Shown here: piece by piece, positions 13,594-25,965 of the stretch
How positions within the stretch are numbered: the first letter of the stretch is position 1
Layout: every line of letters begins with the position of its first letter
Assembly (NCBI GenBank): GCA_964016885.1
Contig: OZ024765.1
Location: 19,530,001-19,594,000, forward strand
Length of the DNA stretch: 64,000 nucleotides
Direction of reading: 5' to 3'
DNA from: Eledone cirrhosa
Lineage: Eukaryota
Notes under the pieces: model-generated
Database searches by the model: none
What the model saw: the letters and a program-made list of their open reading frames with translations, nothing else
Told to the model about the DNA's origin: nothing
Translations under genes and position numbers: made by a program

Positions 13594-14874
13594 GTAATTA
13601 ATTGTATTTATTATATGTGTTTACAGAATGAAAATGTAAAGAAATATAAACACATATAATTATTTCTACATTTGGTACAAGGCTAGCAATTACCCCAGTG
13701 TATTACTGGTACTTTATTTTATCGACCCGGTAAGGATAAAAGGCAAAGTTAACCGCAGCGAGATTTGAACTCAGACCATGTCCCGTCGAGGTTAACTTTG
13801 CCTTTCATCCTTACGGGGTCGATAACATAAAGCACCAGTAATGCACTGGGGTAATTGCTGGCCTTGTGCCAAATGTAGAAACAATTATGTGTTTATATTT
13901 GTTTACATTTTCATTCTGTAAGAATTATAACCAATTTGTAATATTATTTAATTTATATGAATAAAATTAATTTATATATATTGTTTCCTAGTCTTATATT
14001 CAAGTATATATGATAAATACAATATATAAACAAAATTATAAAAAAAAAACGAAATATATATAAATATAGAAATAAAATAGAAATAAAATTATATTGTATG
14101 TAGCAATATGATAATAAAAATATGGAAAAGAATATTAAAAAAAATTCCTTTTGTGCATTGAACAGCATATCTGGATCTTTATTGCATTATATATATATAT
14201 ATATATATATCATCATCATCATCATCATCATCATCATCGTTTAACGTCCATTTTCCACGCTAGCATGGGTCTGGACGGGAATTGTCCCACTTCAGGCAAG
14301 ATTGGTTGTCTTGCTCAGGACTGTCTGGCGGGTTTTCTACGGCTGGATGCCCTTCCTAACACCAACCACGTTTACAGTGTGGACTGGGAGGTTTTTACCG
14401 TGTTACCTACACGGCCATATTACAGCGTGGACTGTGTGCCCGATAGTCCTATATGAGCGAGACACGGTCACCCGACCAATCTTGCTTCAAGTGGGACAAC
14501 TCCCGTCTAACCCATGCTAGCGTGGAAAATGAACATTAAACGAGGATGATGATGATGATGATGATATATATATATATATTTATTAAAATATTTGTTTCTA
14601 CTTTTGACACAAGGCCAGCAATTACCCAGTGCATTACTGGTACTTTATTTTATCGACCCCGTAAGGATGAAAGGCAAAGTCAACCTCGGCGGGATTTGAA
14701 CTCAGATCGTAAAGGGACGTAACTATGCTGGAAAGCATGGCGTCCGACCCTCTACCGATACTGCCAATCCACCCCCCTATTTATTAAAATATTGCTCTAC
14801 GGTTCTTATATATTTGATATATATTTATCCTTATCGAGCCCTCTTTGGATTTTAGTCTTCAAATTTATTATTAT

Positions 14875-14920
<46 letters not shown>

Positions 14921-15282
14921 ACTTTACGATAAATTAATGGAGCCATAGGCCCTCGCCAATCCCTGTAAATAATGTGCTCAAAGGAGAAGAAATCCTGAGC
15001 TCTTTAAAATACAATATGTTGAAAAGGTAACACACCAGAGAGAGATATACAGTGCGCTATCAATAAAACAGGGAAAAAAACCACCAGTGTATGGAATCTA
15101 TAACCTATGAAAGGCAGACTATAAACACGATAATTAAAAATATAAATTAAAGCGTAAATAAATACCTCTATAACTATATAACACACGTACAAATCCAAAG
15201 AGATCTGTTGTTTTATTGGTAGCACCTTTTCAACATATTGTATGTATACTTTATATATAACAATCAAAGAGTGTTTTAGAAC

Positions 15283-15341
15283 ATTTAATTACTAACAAGC
15301 GTTTCATCCAAGCACAAGGCCTGAATCATCAGAGTATAAAT
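15283..15341 (-). ncRNA. Candidate degenerate hammerhead
   Basis: ATTTATACT-CTGATGA-TTCAGGCCTTGTGCTTGGAT-GAA-ACGCTTGT-T-AGTAATTAAAT; cleavage position is U. Confidence 0.45.
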
Positions 15342-15777
15342 CAAAGGTTAAAATACAGATAAACGTGTCCAAGAACATTTTGGGGGTACACAATATGGGA
15401 AGAAAGCATAAATAATAGATATTAACATTGATATAAGAAAAGAAAGCTAAGATAGTAGAGACATAGGAAAAATATGAGTATATAAATGTAATTATGAGCA
15501 GCTAAATTATAGCAGCTAAAATATATATTATTAATTATGATATATGCCTTGCATTATACTTAACTTCCTTATAGCAGCATATTTCTCTATACCAATATGT
15601 TTTAAGGTTTCTAATGCTTTTAGCTGCTCATAATTACATTTATATACTCATATTTTTCATGAAACCTTTGGTAAATGAATTAATTATCTTATGTTGTTTA
15701 ATACATAACTAAAAAGCTCTGTAACCTACATAGAGTACTCTCCTTTCCTTTACCTTTCCTTTGGAAATACTTCATTT

Positions 15778-15822
<45 letters not shown>

Positions 15823-17202
15823 TCATACATATATACATAAATAAATAGATATATATAGAAACATGATATATATGTATACATGTTTGTATCACTGTATATA
15901 TATATTCTCTGTTTTCTTTTTATTTAATACAGAAACCAAACTACTTATTGTAATCATGGATATGACTACCAAATGGTTACAGTTATTACCATCTAAAAGC
16001 CTTTACCCCAATGTGATCACATTAAGGGGCTTGTACCATATTTTTAATATTTTCCTCTTATTCATGGATACTAGTGACATGTATTTTGTAAGAAACAAGG
16101 TAAGATTTGTTTACCCTTTAAAAGTTCATTATAAAAAATAAAAAAACCCTTTGATACCAACCTACCAAAAACTGATTCTATGAGACAGAACCAACATTTT
16201 AAAAAGGTTCTTTTTTAAATTTGAAATTAACCCCCCCCCCCTTCCCACCTAACTGCAAAATTTACCTCAGCAAAAAATCTGAGGCATGCATTCCTCATAA
16301 GGATACAGCTCTGTTAGGTGGAATTGTTGATGCAGTGGGTGATATTGGCTGTTCTCCACGGCTATGCCTTCACCATTTTGTCCCCAGGGCACAGCAGAGA
16401 TATACTGTATAGACTGGGGTGTAGAATCTCTCGCTACCTTCTAACTTTCCCATATTTTCGCTATTTCAATTTTGTTTCCTCTTTTGTTTCATGTTTTTGT
16501 TGTTTTTATTTCTTGCCAACATTATATAATCAATTTATATTCAATAATATCTGATATGAATTTCAAGAATATCTCATATCTAGATATCAGATATTCATCA
16601 TCATCAGACGTTAAACGATGATGATGATGAGTATCTGATATCTAGATATGTGAACCTGTTGATAAGTTACAAATGGGATTTTCAAATAATTTTGAAAATA
16701 AACAACAATTTGGAGGGATTTAGCAATATAACTTTCTCATTATTAATCTGATGTTTGGAACATAACTAAATAAAGGTTTTTACATAAAATTATGAGAGAA
16801 GGCCTTTCTAAATAAATATAAATACTTTAACACTTCCAGTACCGTATTTCTAATAAAAAATACTGCCTATGTTTTATAAATAATTTTGTAAATGTTCAAG
16901 AGTTTGGAGGGATTTAATAATATAACTAACTTTTCCATTATTAAACTGTTGTTTGGAACATAACTTAACAAAGGTTCTTGCCTAAAATTATGATGGAAGG
17001 TTTTTAGATAAATAGACACTTTAACCCTTTCGTTACCATATCTCTAATAAAAGACACCGTTTATGACTTTTAAATAATTTTTATAATAATCAAGAATTTG
17101 GAGAGCTTTAGTAATATAACTAATGTTCTCATTATTAAGATGGTGTTTCGAATATAAAGTTCTTAAAACTATGAAATTATGGTGAAAGTTTTTTAGATAA
17201 AT

Positions 17203-17836
17203 ACTAGCAGAATGGCCCGGCGTTGCTCGGGATTTGCTCTAGGGTTCTTATATATTTGATATATATTTATCCTTATCGAGCCTTGTGAAATAAATATGTT
17301 TGTTTATATTTTATTATTGTGTATCCAAAAATATCTATACATGAATATATAATTATATATATATATATATTAAAATAACAGATTAAAGTTTAAGCAAAGA
17401 ATTGCTGCTTTCACCCTTAACGGGATCTTCTGAAACTAAAAAAATCAATCTGTGAACGCAGAAGTAAATATTTCGAAAAACGTTACACATTATATATATA
17501 CACACACTATATATACATATATACACACACAGCTACGTCATAATGTCGTAATGCAGACAGCAAGACATACAGACAGAAATTATAAGGGCGCAACGTTATA
17601 TGTTTGTATCTATCTAAAAAGAGAAAGACTAAGAATTATAGAGAGAGATCGCTAAATCGCCTAATGCGGTCCGTAGGGCATAGAAAATTTGAAATTTTTT
17701 TTTGCTCAAAACACTCACAGGACCATAAGTATTACATGTGTAAAGTTTGAAAACAATCGGTTGGGTGGTTCTTGAGCTTTAGTGAGCGGACAGACAGACA
17801 GACAGGCAGACATTCTCTGTTTTAGATATATAGATA
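17203..17836. mobile_element. Helentron/HINE-like non-autonomous element ends; similar starts at 23970 and 52122
   Basis: ACTAGCAGA..CCCGGCGTTGCYCGG start; 3' part aaagtttgaaaacaatcgg..(CAGA)n..tttagatatatagat. Confidence 0.5.
17378..17453 (-). ncRNA. Hammerhead-like fold with non-canonical core (family C)
   Basis: ACAGATTGA-T7-AGTTT-CAGAAGA-TCCC GTTAA GGGT-GAA-AGCA-GCAATTCTT-TGCT-T-AAACT-TTAATCTGT; all three stems pair, with U4A and U17 changes. Confidence 0.55.
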
Positions 17837-17879
17837 AATACTTTAAAATATACAGCTTTGAATTATAAAGCCAGGTGCT

Positions 17880-18740
17880 TAGCTCAAAGATAAGAGAGTC
17901 ACTCCAGCTAGAGCCACTGCCTCTCTGAATTGGGAGATCACAGATCTTATACTATGGGCATGTGGTTAGAATGTCTCAGAAAAGAATTGCTGGACAGATT
18001 TGTAGCTCAGAGATCAGAGAGTCACTCTATGTAGAGCTGCTACTTCTCTGAATTGAGAGATCACAGCTCTGATACTATGGACATGTGGTTAGAATGTCTC
18101 AGGAAAGAATCACTGGACATATTTGTAGCTCAAAGATAAGAGAGTCACTCCAGCTAGAGCCACTGCCTCTCTGAATTGGGAGATCACAGATCTTATACTA
18201 TGGGCATGTGGTTAGAATGTCTCAGAAAAGAATTGCTGGACAGATTTGTAGCTCAGAGATCAGAGAGTCACTCTATGTAGAGCTGCTACTTCTCTGAATT
18301 GAGAGATCACAGCTCTGATACTATGGACATGTGGTTAGAATGTCTCAGGAAAGAATCACTGGACATATTTGTAGCTCAAAGATAAGAGAGTCACTCCAGC
18401 TAGAGCCACTGCCTCTCTGAATTGGGAGATCACAGATCTTATACTATGGGCATGTGGTTAGAATGTCTCAGAAAAGAATTGCTGGACAGATTTGTAGCTC
18501 AGAGATCAGAGAGTCACTCTATGTAGAGCTGCTACTTCTCTGAATTGAGAGATCACAGCTCTGATACTATGGACATGTGGTTAGAATGTCTCAGGAAAGA
18601 ATCACTGGACATATTTGTAGCTCAAAGATAAGAGAGTCACTCCAGCTAGAGCCACTGCCTCTCTGAATTGGGAGATCACAGATCTTATACTATGGGCATG
18701 TGGTTAGAATGTCTCAGGAAAGAATTGGTGGACAGATTTT
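17880..18740 (+). repeat. Higher-order repeat (246 bp = 2 x 123 bp, ABABABA) derived from RTE ORF2
   Basis: A units at 17880, 18126, 18372 and 18618; the unit translates ..LEPL..RSQILYYGHVVRMS..; RTE sequence continues to about 18970; single-copy relative at 54165-54470. Confidence 0.88.
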
Positions 18741-19122
18741 AAGGACAAAACCAACTGACATGAAACCCAGGGGTAGACACCGAGCAAGATGGTTGGATAA
18801 TATCCATGAGCTTGACTTCTTTCGCTTGAGAATTCAGCCAGATCAATTGGAGATGGTTGTTTGTGACAGGACCTGCTGAGAGGCATGCTTGAGGACTGCC
18901 ACCAACAACCCTCCCAGGAGTTTATGCGAGGAGGAGGGGCAAGAAGAAGAAGAAGAAGAAAAAGAAGGGAAGGAGGAGGTGTAGGCAGTTTCACGGAGTT
19001 TGGTATCAAAAGGATGAAATACACACACTTCATTTGCTTATTTGGCCACACCACTTTTGTATACATAACATACATAATAAGGACAATGTCGGTTGCTGTT
19101 GGATTGTCTCCCTTCTTCTGGG

Positions 19123-19451
19123 TTATTCTTTGTGAGGACAAGGGGGGAGATTTAAAGGCCCGAACACATTCATTTCGTAGAGACTGGACAGGACAATGAT
19201 GGTGGTGTATACAGAGAAATAGAGAAGTGCGAGAAGCCGTGTCAACTTCCAGCCAGACAACAGGAGTGAGATGAAGAAGAAAAACACAGTGGCCAGCAGT
19301 GTTAGGGCGGAATAGGTTAAGCCTCTACTGTGGACTATGACACCTTGCTTCTCATTGACCAGTGACTGAAGTAACCAGGGGAAACCAAGACCAATAAGGA
19401 TGTCGAATATATTACTGCCGATTGTGTTGGATATGGCCATGTCAAGGAAAC
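19123..19451 (-). CDS. NCKX/SLC24 exon 9 (terminal coding exon)
   Basis: atttcAG|GT.. GFLDMAISNTIGSNIFDILIGLGFPWLL...NLPPCPHKE*; SNIFD retains the Asp associated with K+ dependence in NCKX. Joined CDS is 2313 nt = 770 aa + stop. Confidence 0.95.
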
Positions 19452-20460
19452 CTGAAATGGAGAAAAAGGAAAGATTTTGTGAGGAAAATGAGAGGATGGT
19501 GATCATATATAAATATATCAGGATTAAACCAGTTTTAAACTAGTTAGACTATTATTTAACAGAGTACTCAATACTTGGGATAGAGTGTGACTATATTTGA
19601 AAGAGTTGGAGCGTGATGACTGAGCTCTTACCATCTCAACAGTTAGTTCCAGACTCTGGAACTGTTGAAATGGCAAGAGCTCAGTCATTGGGCTTCAACT
19701 CTTTCTAATGTATATAACGAAGGAATTGTGGTAAGCAACCAGATGGACCATAACGCAGCGGAGTACTCAATACTTAGGGTAGTAGAGTGGGAAATAGGAA
19801 AAGGTATGACCCCGACGGCAGAGCTCAAGCCATTTCAAACACACCGAGCATTATAATAAATGTTCGGTGAATCCATACGTACATATATATATGTGTGTGC
19901 ATGTATGTATATATATATATATATATAGATATATATATAGGAATCGGTGAATCCATAAGTACATATATATATGTGTGCATGTATGTATATATTTCATTTT
20001 ATGTCCGCTTTTCCCTGCTTGCAAGGGTGGGACGGGAACTGATTCTGGCTGATTTCTACAGCTGGATGCCCTTCCTAACACCAACCTCATTTACAGTGAG
20101 TGCTGGGTGCTTTTTTGCCGTGACACCTACACGTCCACTTTGCAGTGGAATGATAGGGAACCCAGTCCCTATCATCTCATTTCTACAGCTGAGTAAACTG
20201 GAGCAATGTGAAATAAAGTGTCTTGCTCAAGGAAACAACACATCACCCGGTCTGAGAATTGAACTCACAACCTTTTGATTGCAAGGCCAATGCTCTAACC
20301 ACTAAGCCATGTGCCTCCATATATATATATATATAGATATATATATAGGAATCGGTGAATCCATACGTACATATATATATGTGTGCATGTATGTATATAT
20401 ATATATATATATCCATACTACTGTACGTCTGTATACATGTATGTATGTACGTATACATAC

Positions 20461-20491
<31 letters not shown>

Positions 20492-20493
<2 letters not shown>

Positions 20494-20770
20494 ACAAAGA
20501 GGGTGTGGTAAGATACCAGGTGGACCATAACGCACCAGAGTACTCAATACTTAGGGTAGTAGCGTGGGTAATAGGAAAAGAGTCAGGAGCCCGACAGCTG
20601 AGCTCTGGCTGTTTCGACATCTAGATCCAAATCTATCTGTTGGATCTAGCTGTCGAAACGGCCAGAGCTCAGCTGTCGGGGTCCTGACTCTTTTCCTATT
20701 ACCCACTCTACTACCCCAAATATCGAGTACTCTGGTGTGTTATGGTCCACCTGGTTTTTTACCACACCCT
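20492..20770. mobile_element. Fold-back element family D (Penelope-like terminal-repeat relic); relatives at 19560-19706, 19713-19840, 31948-32152, 48108-48330, 60996-61128
   Basis: About 130-bp inverted arms; carries the 3' half of a hammerhead (GAA-ACGGC-loop with GAGCTC-GCYGT-C-GGGGTC) and the shared GTACTCAATAC..TAGAGT motif; flanked by (TA)n. Confidence 0.6.
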
Positions 20771-20772
20771 AT

Positions 20773-21653
<881 letters not shown>

Positions 21654-22541
21654 ATATATATATATATATATATATATACACAGGGATACATAAAATCTCG
21701 ACCGTGGCATCAGAAGGTCGAGGGTATCTTAGCATCACTCAGTAAGACCTTTGTCAGCCGCTCTCCAGCTATCTATTTAAAGCTGTATATATATCTACCA
21801 TACTCTGAACACCTTGTTTCCATGGGCATGGATACATTGAAGCTCCGACATCTGGCAACTGACTAGGTAGATACCCACAAAAATATTAACCATCTTTCTA
21901 ACAACCCTGAGCGCCCTTTTGAATTCCATATGTCTAACACTTGTGGACATGCTTACAAAGTCAGAAAACAGTATATCTCCCATGATTTTCAGAAACATTT
22001 TTTCATGCCCAGAGTTGCTAAAGCATGGAACAAACTACCTGCATCAGTTGTTTGTTGTCAGGTCACTGTATCTTTCAAAACTTCCTTGCTTCCTTAAATT
22101 TGCCAACACTACACCTGATATTCTCCCTCCATACACACACATGTATCTGGGTGTATATCATGATTCATACACTGTTCACTTTCCTGACATTTGTACATTA
22201 TTCTATGTACTATACATGCACCTTTGATGAGTTGTAGTGCACCTAAGCACTGTACACAATAATTTCATTATTATTATTATGAACATGTATCTACTAAATT
22301 CCATATATCATCATCATCATCATCACCGTTTTACGTCCATTCTTCCATGCTAGCATGGGTTAGACGGGTTGTCCTGTTGTGGGCAGTGTCCAGTCAGCTG
22401 ACCTTGTCTTGCTCATACTGGAACTGATTCTGGCATGATTTCTACAGCTGGATGCCTTTCCTAACACCAACCTCATTAACAGTGAGTGGTGGGTGCTTTT
22501 TTTCCGTGGCGCCTACATGTCCACTTTACAGTGTGGGCTGG

Positions 22542-22591
<50 letters not shown>

Positions 22592-23009
22592 AAAATGATT
22601 TTTTTTTTAAATGTAAAAAAATGAGATGTGCTACAGGAGTGAAAGTATAGGGAAAAGAAATTGAAAATGCAACTGGAGTCTTTTTAAGAATATTTATTTG
22701 TTTCCTTTACCAGTTTCACAGTTCTTATGCCTTTCAAAAGTAGAATTGAGATGGAGTGTTTGTGGTTTTTCAAGAAAAACCACATACCCTGTGGAACCGG
22801 TAAAGTAAAAAATAAATATTCTTAAAAAGACTCCAGTTGCATTTTCAATTACTTTTCCTTATATATATATAAGGGATTTTTTTAGGTGAGAAGAAAAAAA
22901 TAAAGAAGTTAGACATTTTTTATTCATGTCACACATTCTTGTTTATATTTCTCCAAAAATGAAAAGAAAACATTGAAAAAAATGAGACAACAATAAAATT
23001 AAGACTAAC

Positions 23010-23111
23010 CATCTTTAGCAACTATAATACTGGCAATACAGTCTGGCATACTGGTCCCCATTGCTAGGATAGTAAAACCTATAACTGTATCAGGGATCTC
23101 AAAGATGTCTC
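23010..23111 (-). CDS. NCKX/SLC24 exon 8 (alpha-2 repeat)
   Basis: attccAG|...|GTTAGT, 102 nt; [29 protein letters not shown]. Confidence 0.95.
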
Positions 23112-24766
23112 CTGGAATATAGTGAAAAGAGACAAAACTTATATGACAAATATATATTTACCACTTCCATTACTATTACAATTTAATTGTTTCTACTTTT
23201 GGCACAAGGCCAGCAATTATCCCAGTGCATTACTGGTACTTTATTTTATCGACCCCGTACAATATAATAAAGGGAGGAGTCTGGGACTGTAACTTCAATA
23301 TATTTTTTTATCCCGTTAGTAAATTAAGTTGGATTACTTTCAATAAATAATTGTTTCTACTTTTGACACAAGGCCAGCAATTACCCAGTGCATTACTGGT
23401 ACTTATTTTATCGACCCCATAAGGATGAAAGACAAAGTTAAGCTCAGCGGGATTTGAACTCAGAATGGCAAGGGCCGTAACTCTATGCGTCAAAGCCTGG
23501 CGTCCGACCCCCTAATGAATGAAAATTACATAATTTATCTACTAAATTTCGTTCCTCTTGATTAAACATAAATATTCTTATATATAATGATTGCTTATTT
23601 TAAGATTCACTTCTTTAAAATTTTCAAATGTCAACACTTCCAGTTAGAGTCCGTTATATCATAACACTTATTACATTGCATCATTATATTTGCATCATTA
23701 TATATTTGCATCCTTATATAACGCTTATATTTCAGTCGCTTATTTTCTCCTTTTTCATTTTTATAACATTTTAGTTTATTATATATGAGGTTTATATATA
23801 ATATCGTCTTTTTTAAATATATCATGGATTACTTTACTGATTACAGAAGACAGTGTAACACAGTCTCTCTTCAATTTCTGTGTATATTGTCAATTACAAT
23901 GTTATTTGATGTATCATATCTACATGTATATATATTTACATACAATATCAATATGCGTACAATATCAATACTAGCAGAAAACCACCCGAAGGTTGGTTTT
24001 TCTGCTAGTATTTCTAATAAAATTACTGCCGATAACTTTCAAATAATTTGGAGGTTTTAATGATATATTTAACATAATCGTTATTAAGTTGGTGTTAGGG
24101 ACATAACTTAACAAAGGTTCTTATATAAAATTATGAGTGAAAGTTTTTAAATAAATATAAATAAACACTTTTATTGCCATATTTAAAATGAATGATTCTG
24201 TCTATGGCTGTCAAATAATCTTGAAAATAATCAAGAATTTGATGGGATTTAGTAACATAACAAACTTTCTCATTATTATGTATATGTGGTTTGGCTGTAT
24301 CCGTAGAGCATCAGACACCAAGTTTTGCAGCATCGAGTTATGGCCCTTTACATTCTGAGTTCAAATCTGCCTTTCATCTTTATGCGGGTGATAAAATAAA
24401 GTACCAGTAATACACTGGAGTAATTGCTGGCCTTGTGCCAAAAGTAGAAACATTTGACGCATAGAGTTACGGCCCTTGCCATTCTGAGTTCAAATCCCGC
24501 CGAGGTTAACTTTGCCTTTCATCCTTACGGGGGTCGATAAAATAAAGTACCAGTAATACACTGGGGTAATTGCTGGCCTTGAGCTAAAAGTAGAAACAAT
24601 TATTTTTTTTTCAAATTTTTGGTTGTCAATATTAAAGTGTGTCCTCGAGGACGCAGCGTGTTTGGCGCCGGGAAATACGGTATATGCCACGAAGCATGGT
24701 GTCTGACGCTCTACCGATTACTGCCAACCCCACAATGAACAGAATATAAAGACTATAAAAGCTTAC

Positions 24767-24982
24767 CTGACAGAGCGGCTACCCAGACCATGATATAGGA
24801 AAGTATTCCGATCCAGATGATGGATACTATGAATGTACAGATACAGAATCGGAAGCACATCGGTCTTCGACAGTCCGGAACTGTGAAGTATAGTATTACT
24901 CTGATTGGAAACATCAAGACCCAGAGACATCGTTTCCAAAAAGATTCTGGGAAGATCATCGGATCAACATAGTTACTTTCCA
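24767..24982 (-). CDS. NCKX/SLC24 exon 7
   Basis: cttgcAG|...|GTAAGC, 216 nt; WVLMFPIRVILYFTVPDCRR...TFIVSIIWIGILSYIMVW. Confidence 0.93.
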
Positions 24983-25046
24983 CTGCAAGAATATAAGAAC
25001 AAAATGTTTAGAATATTTGGAATTAAATTTAGCTTAGTTGTACTAA

Positions 25047-25790
25047 GTAATACAGAGTAATACAGAGTACCCGACCTCCCATGGGTACAAGCTGAAGCAT
25101 ATAGACAGTATGCCCCCACACCCTCCCACTGCAAAGTGGTCGTGGAGGTGCCACGGCAAAAAAGCACCGAGCCCACACTGTAAAGTGGACGTGGAGGCGC
25201 CACGGAAAAAAGCACCCAGCCCACACTGTAAAGTGGACGTGGAGGCGCCACGGAAAAAAGCACCCAGCCCACACTGTAAAGTGGACGTGGAGGTGCCACG
25301 GAAAAAAGCACCCAGCCCACACTGTAAAGTGGACGTGGAGGCGCCACGGAAAAAAGCAGCCAGCCCACACTGTAAAGTGGACGTGGAGGCGCCACGGAAA
25401 AAAGCACCCAGCCCACACTGTAAAGTGGACGTGGAGGTGCCACGGAAAAAAGCACCCAGCCCACACTGTAAAGTGGACGTGGAGGCGCCACGGAAAAAAG
25501 CACCCAGCCCACACTGTAAAGTGGACGTGGAGGCGCCACGGAAAAAAGCACCCAGCCCACACTGTAAAGTGGATGTGGAGGCGCCACGGAAAAAAGCACC
25601 CACCACTCACTGTAAATGAGGTTGGTGTTAGGAAGGGCATCCAACTGTAGAAATCAAGCCAGAATCAGTTCCTGTATGAGCAAGACAAGGTCAGCCGATC
25701 AGACACTGCCCACAACAGGACAACCCGTCTAACCCATGCTAGCATGGAAGAACGAACGTAAAACGGTGATGTTGATGATGATGGTGATGT
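25047..25790 (+). mobile_element. RTE 3'UTR/SINE-like segment with about 10 tandem 49-bp units
   Basis: Matches 49722-50066 with the internal 49-mer amplified. Confidence 0.85.
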
Positions 25791-25965
25791 ACCTGTAATT
25801 TAATTTTCCAATGAAACTCAAACTATTCAAGTCCTCGGTGACTTTGGTCCTTTTGTATGGGTGAGAGAGTTGAGTTCACAGCTGACATGGAACGGAGAAT
25901 CCAGTCATTTGAGCATTAGTATTTTAGGAAGTTGCTAGACATTCCATATGGAGCACAAAATAAAC

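Noticed and set aside
25792-25935. Additional NCKX loop exon
   Set aside because: The sequence reads as plus-strand RTE ORF2, and exons 6 and 7 already join in phase.
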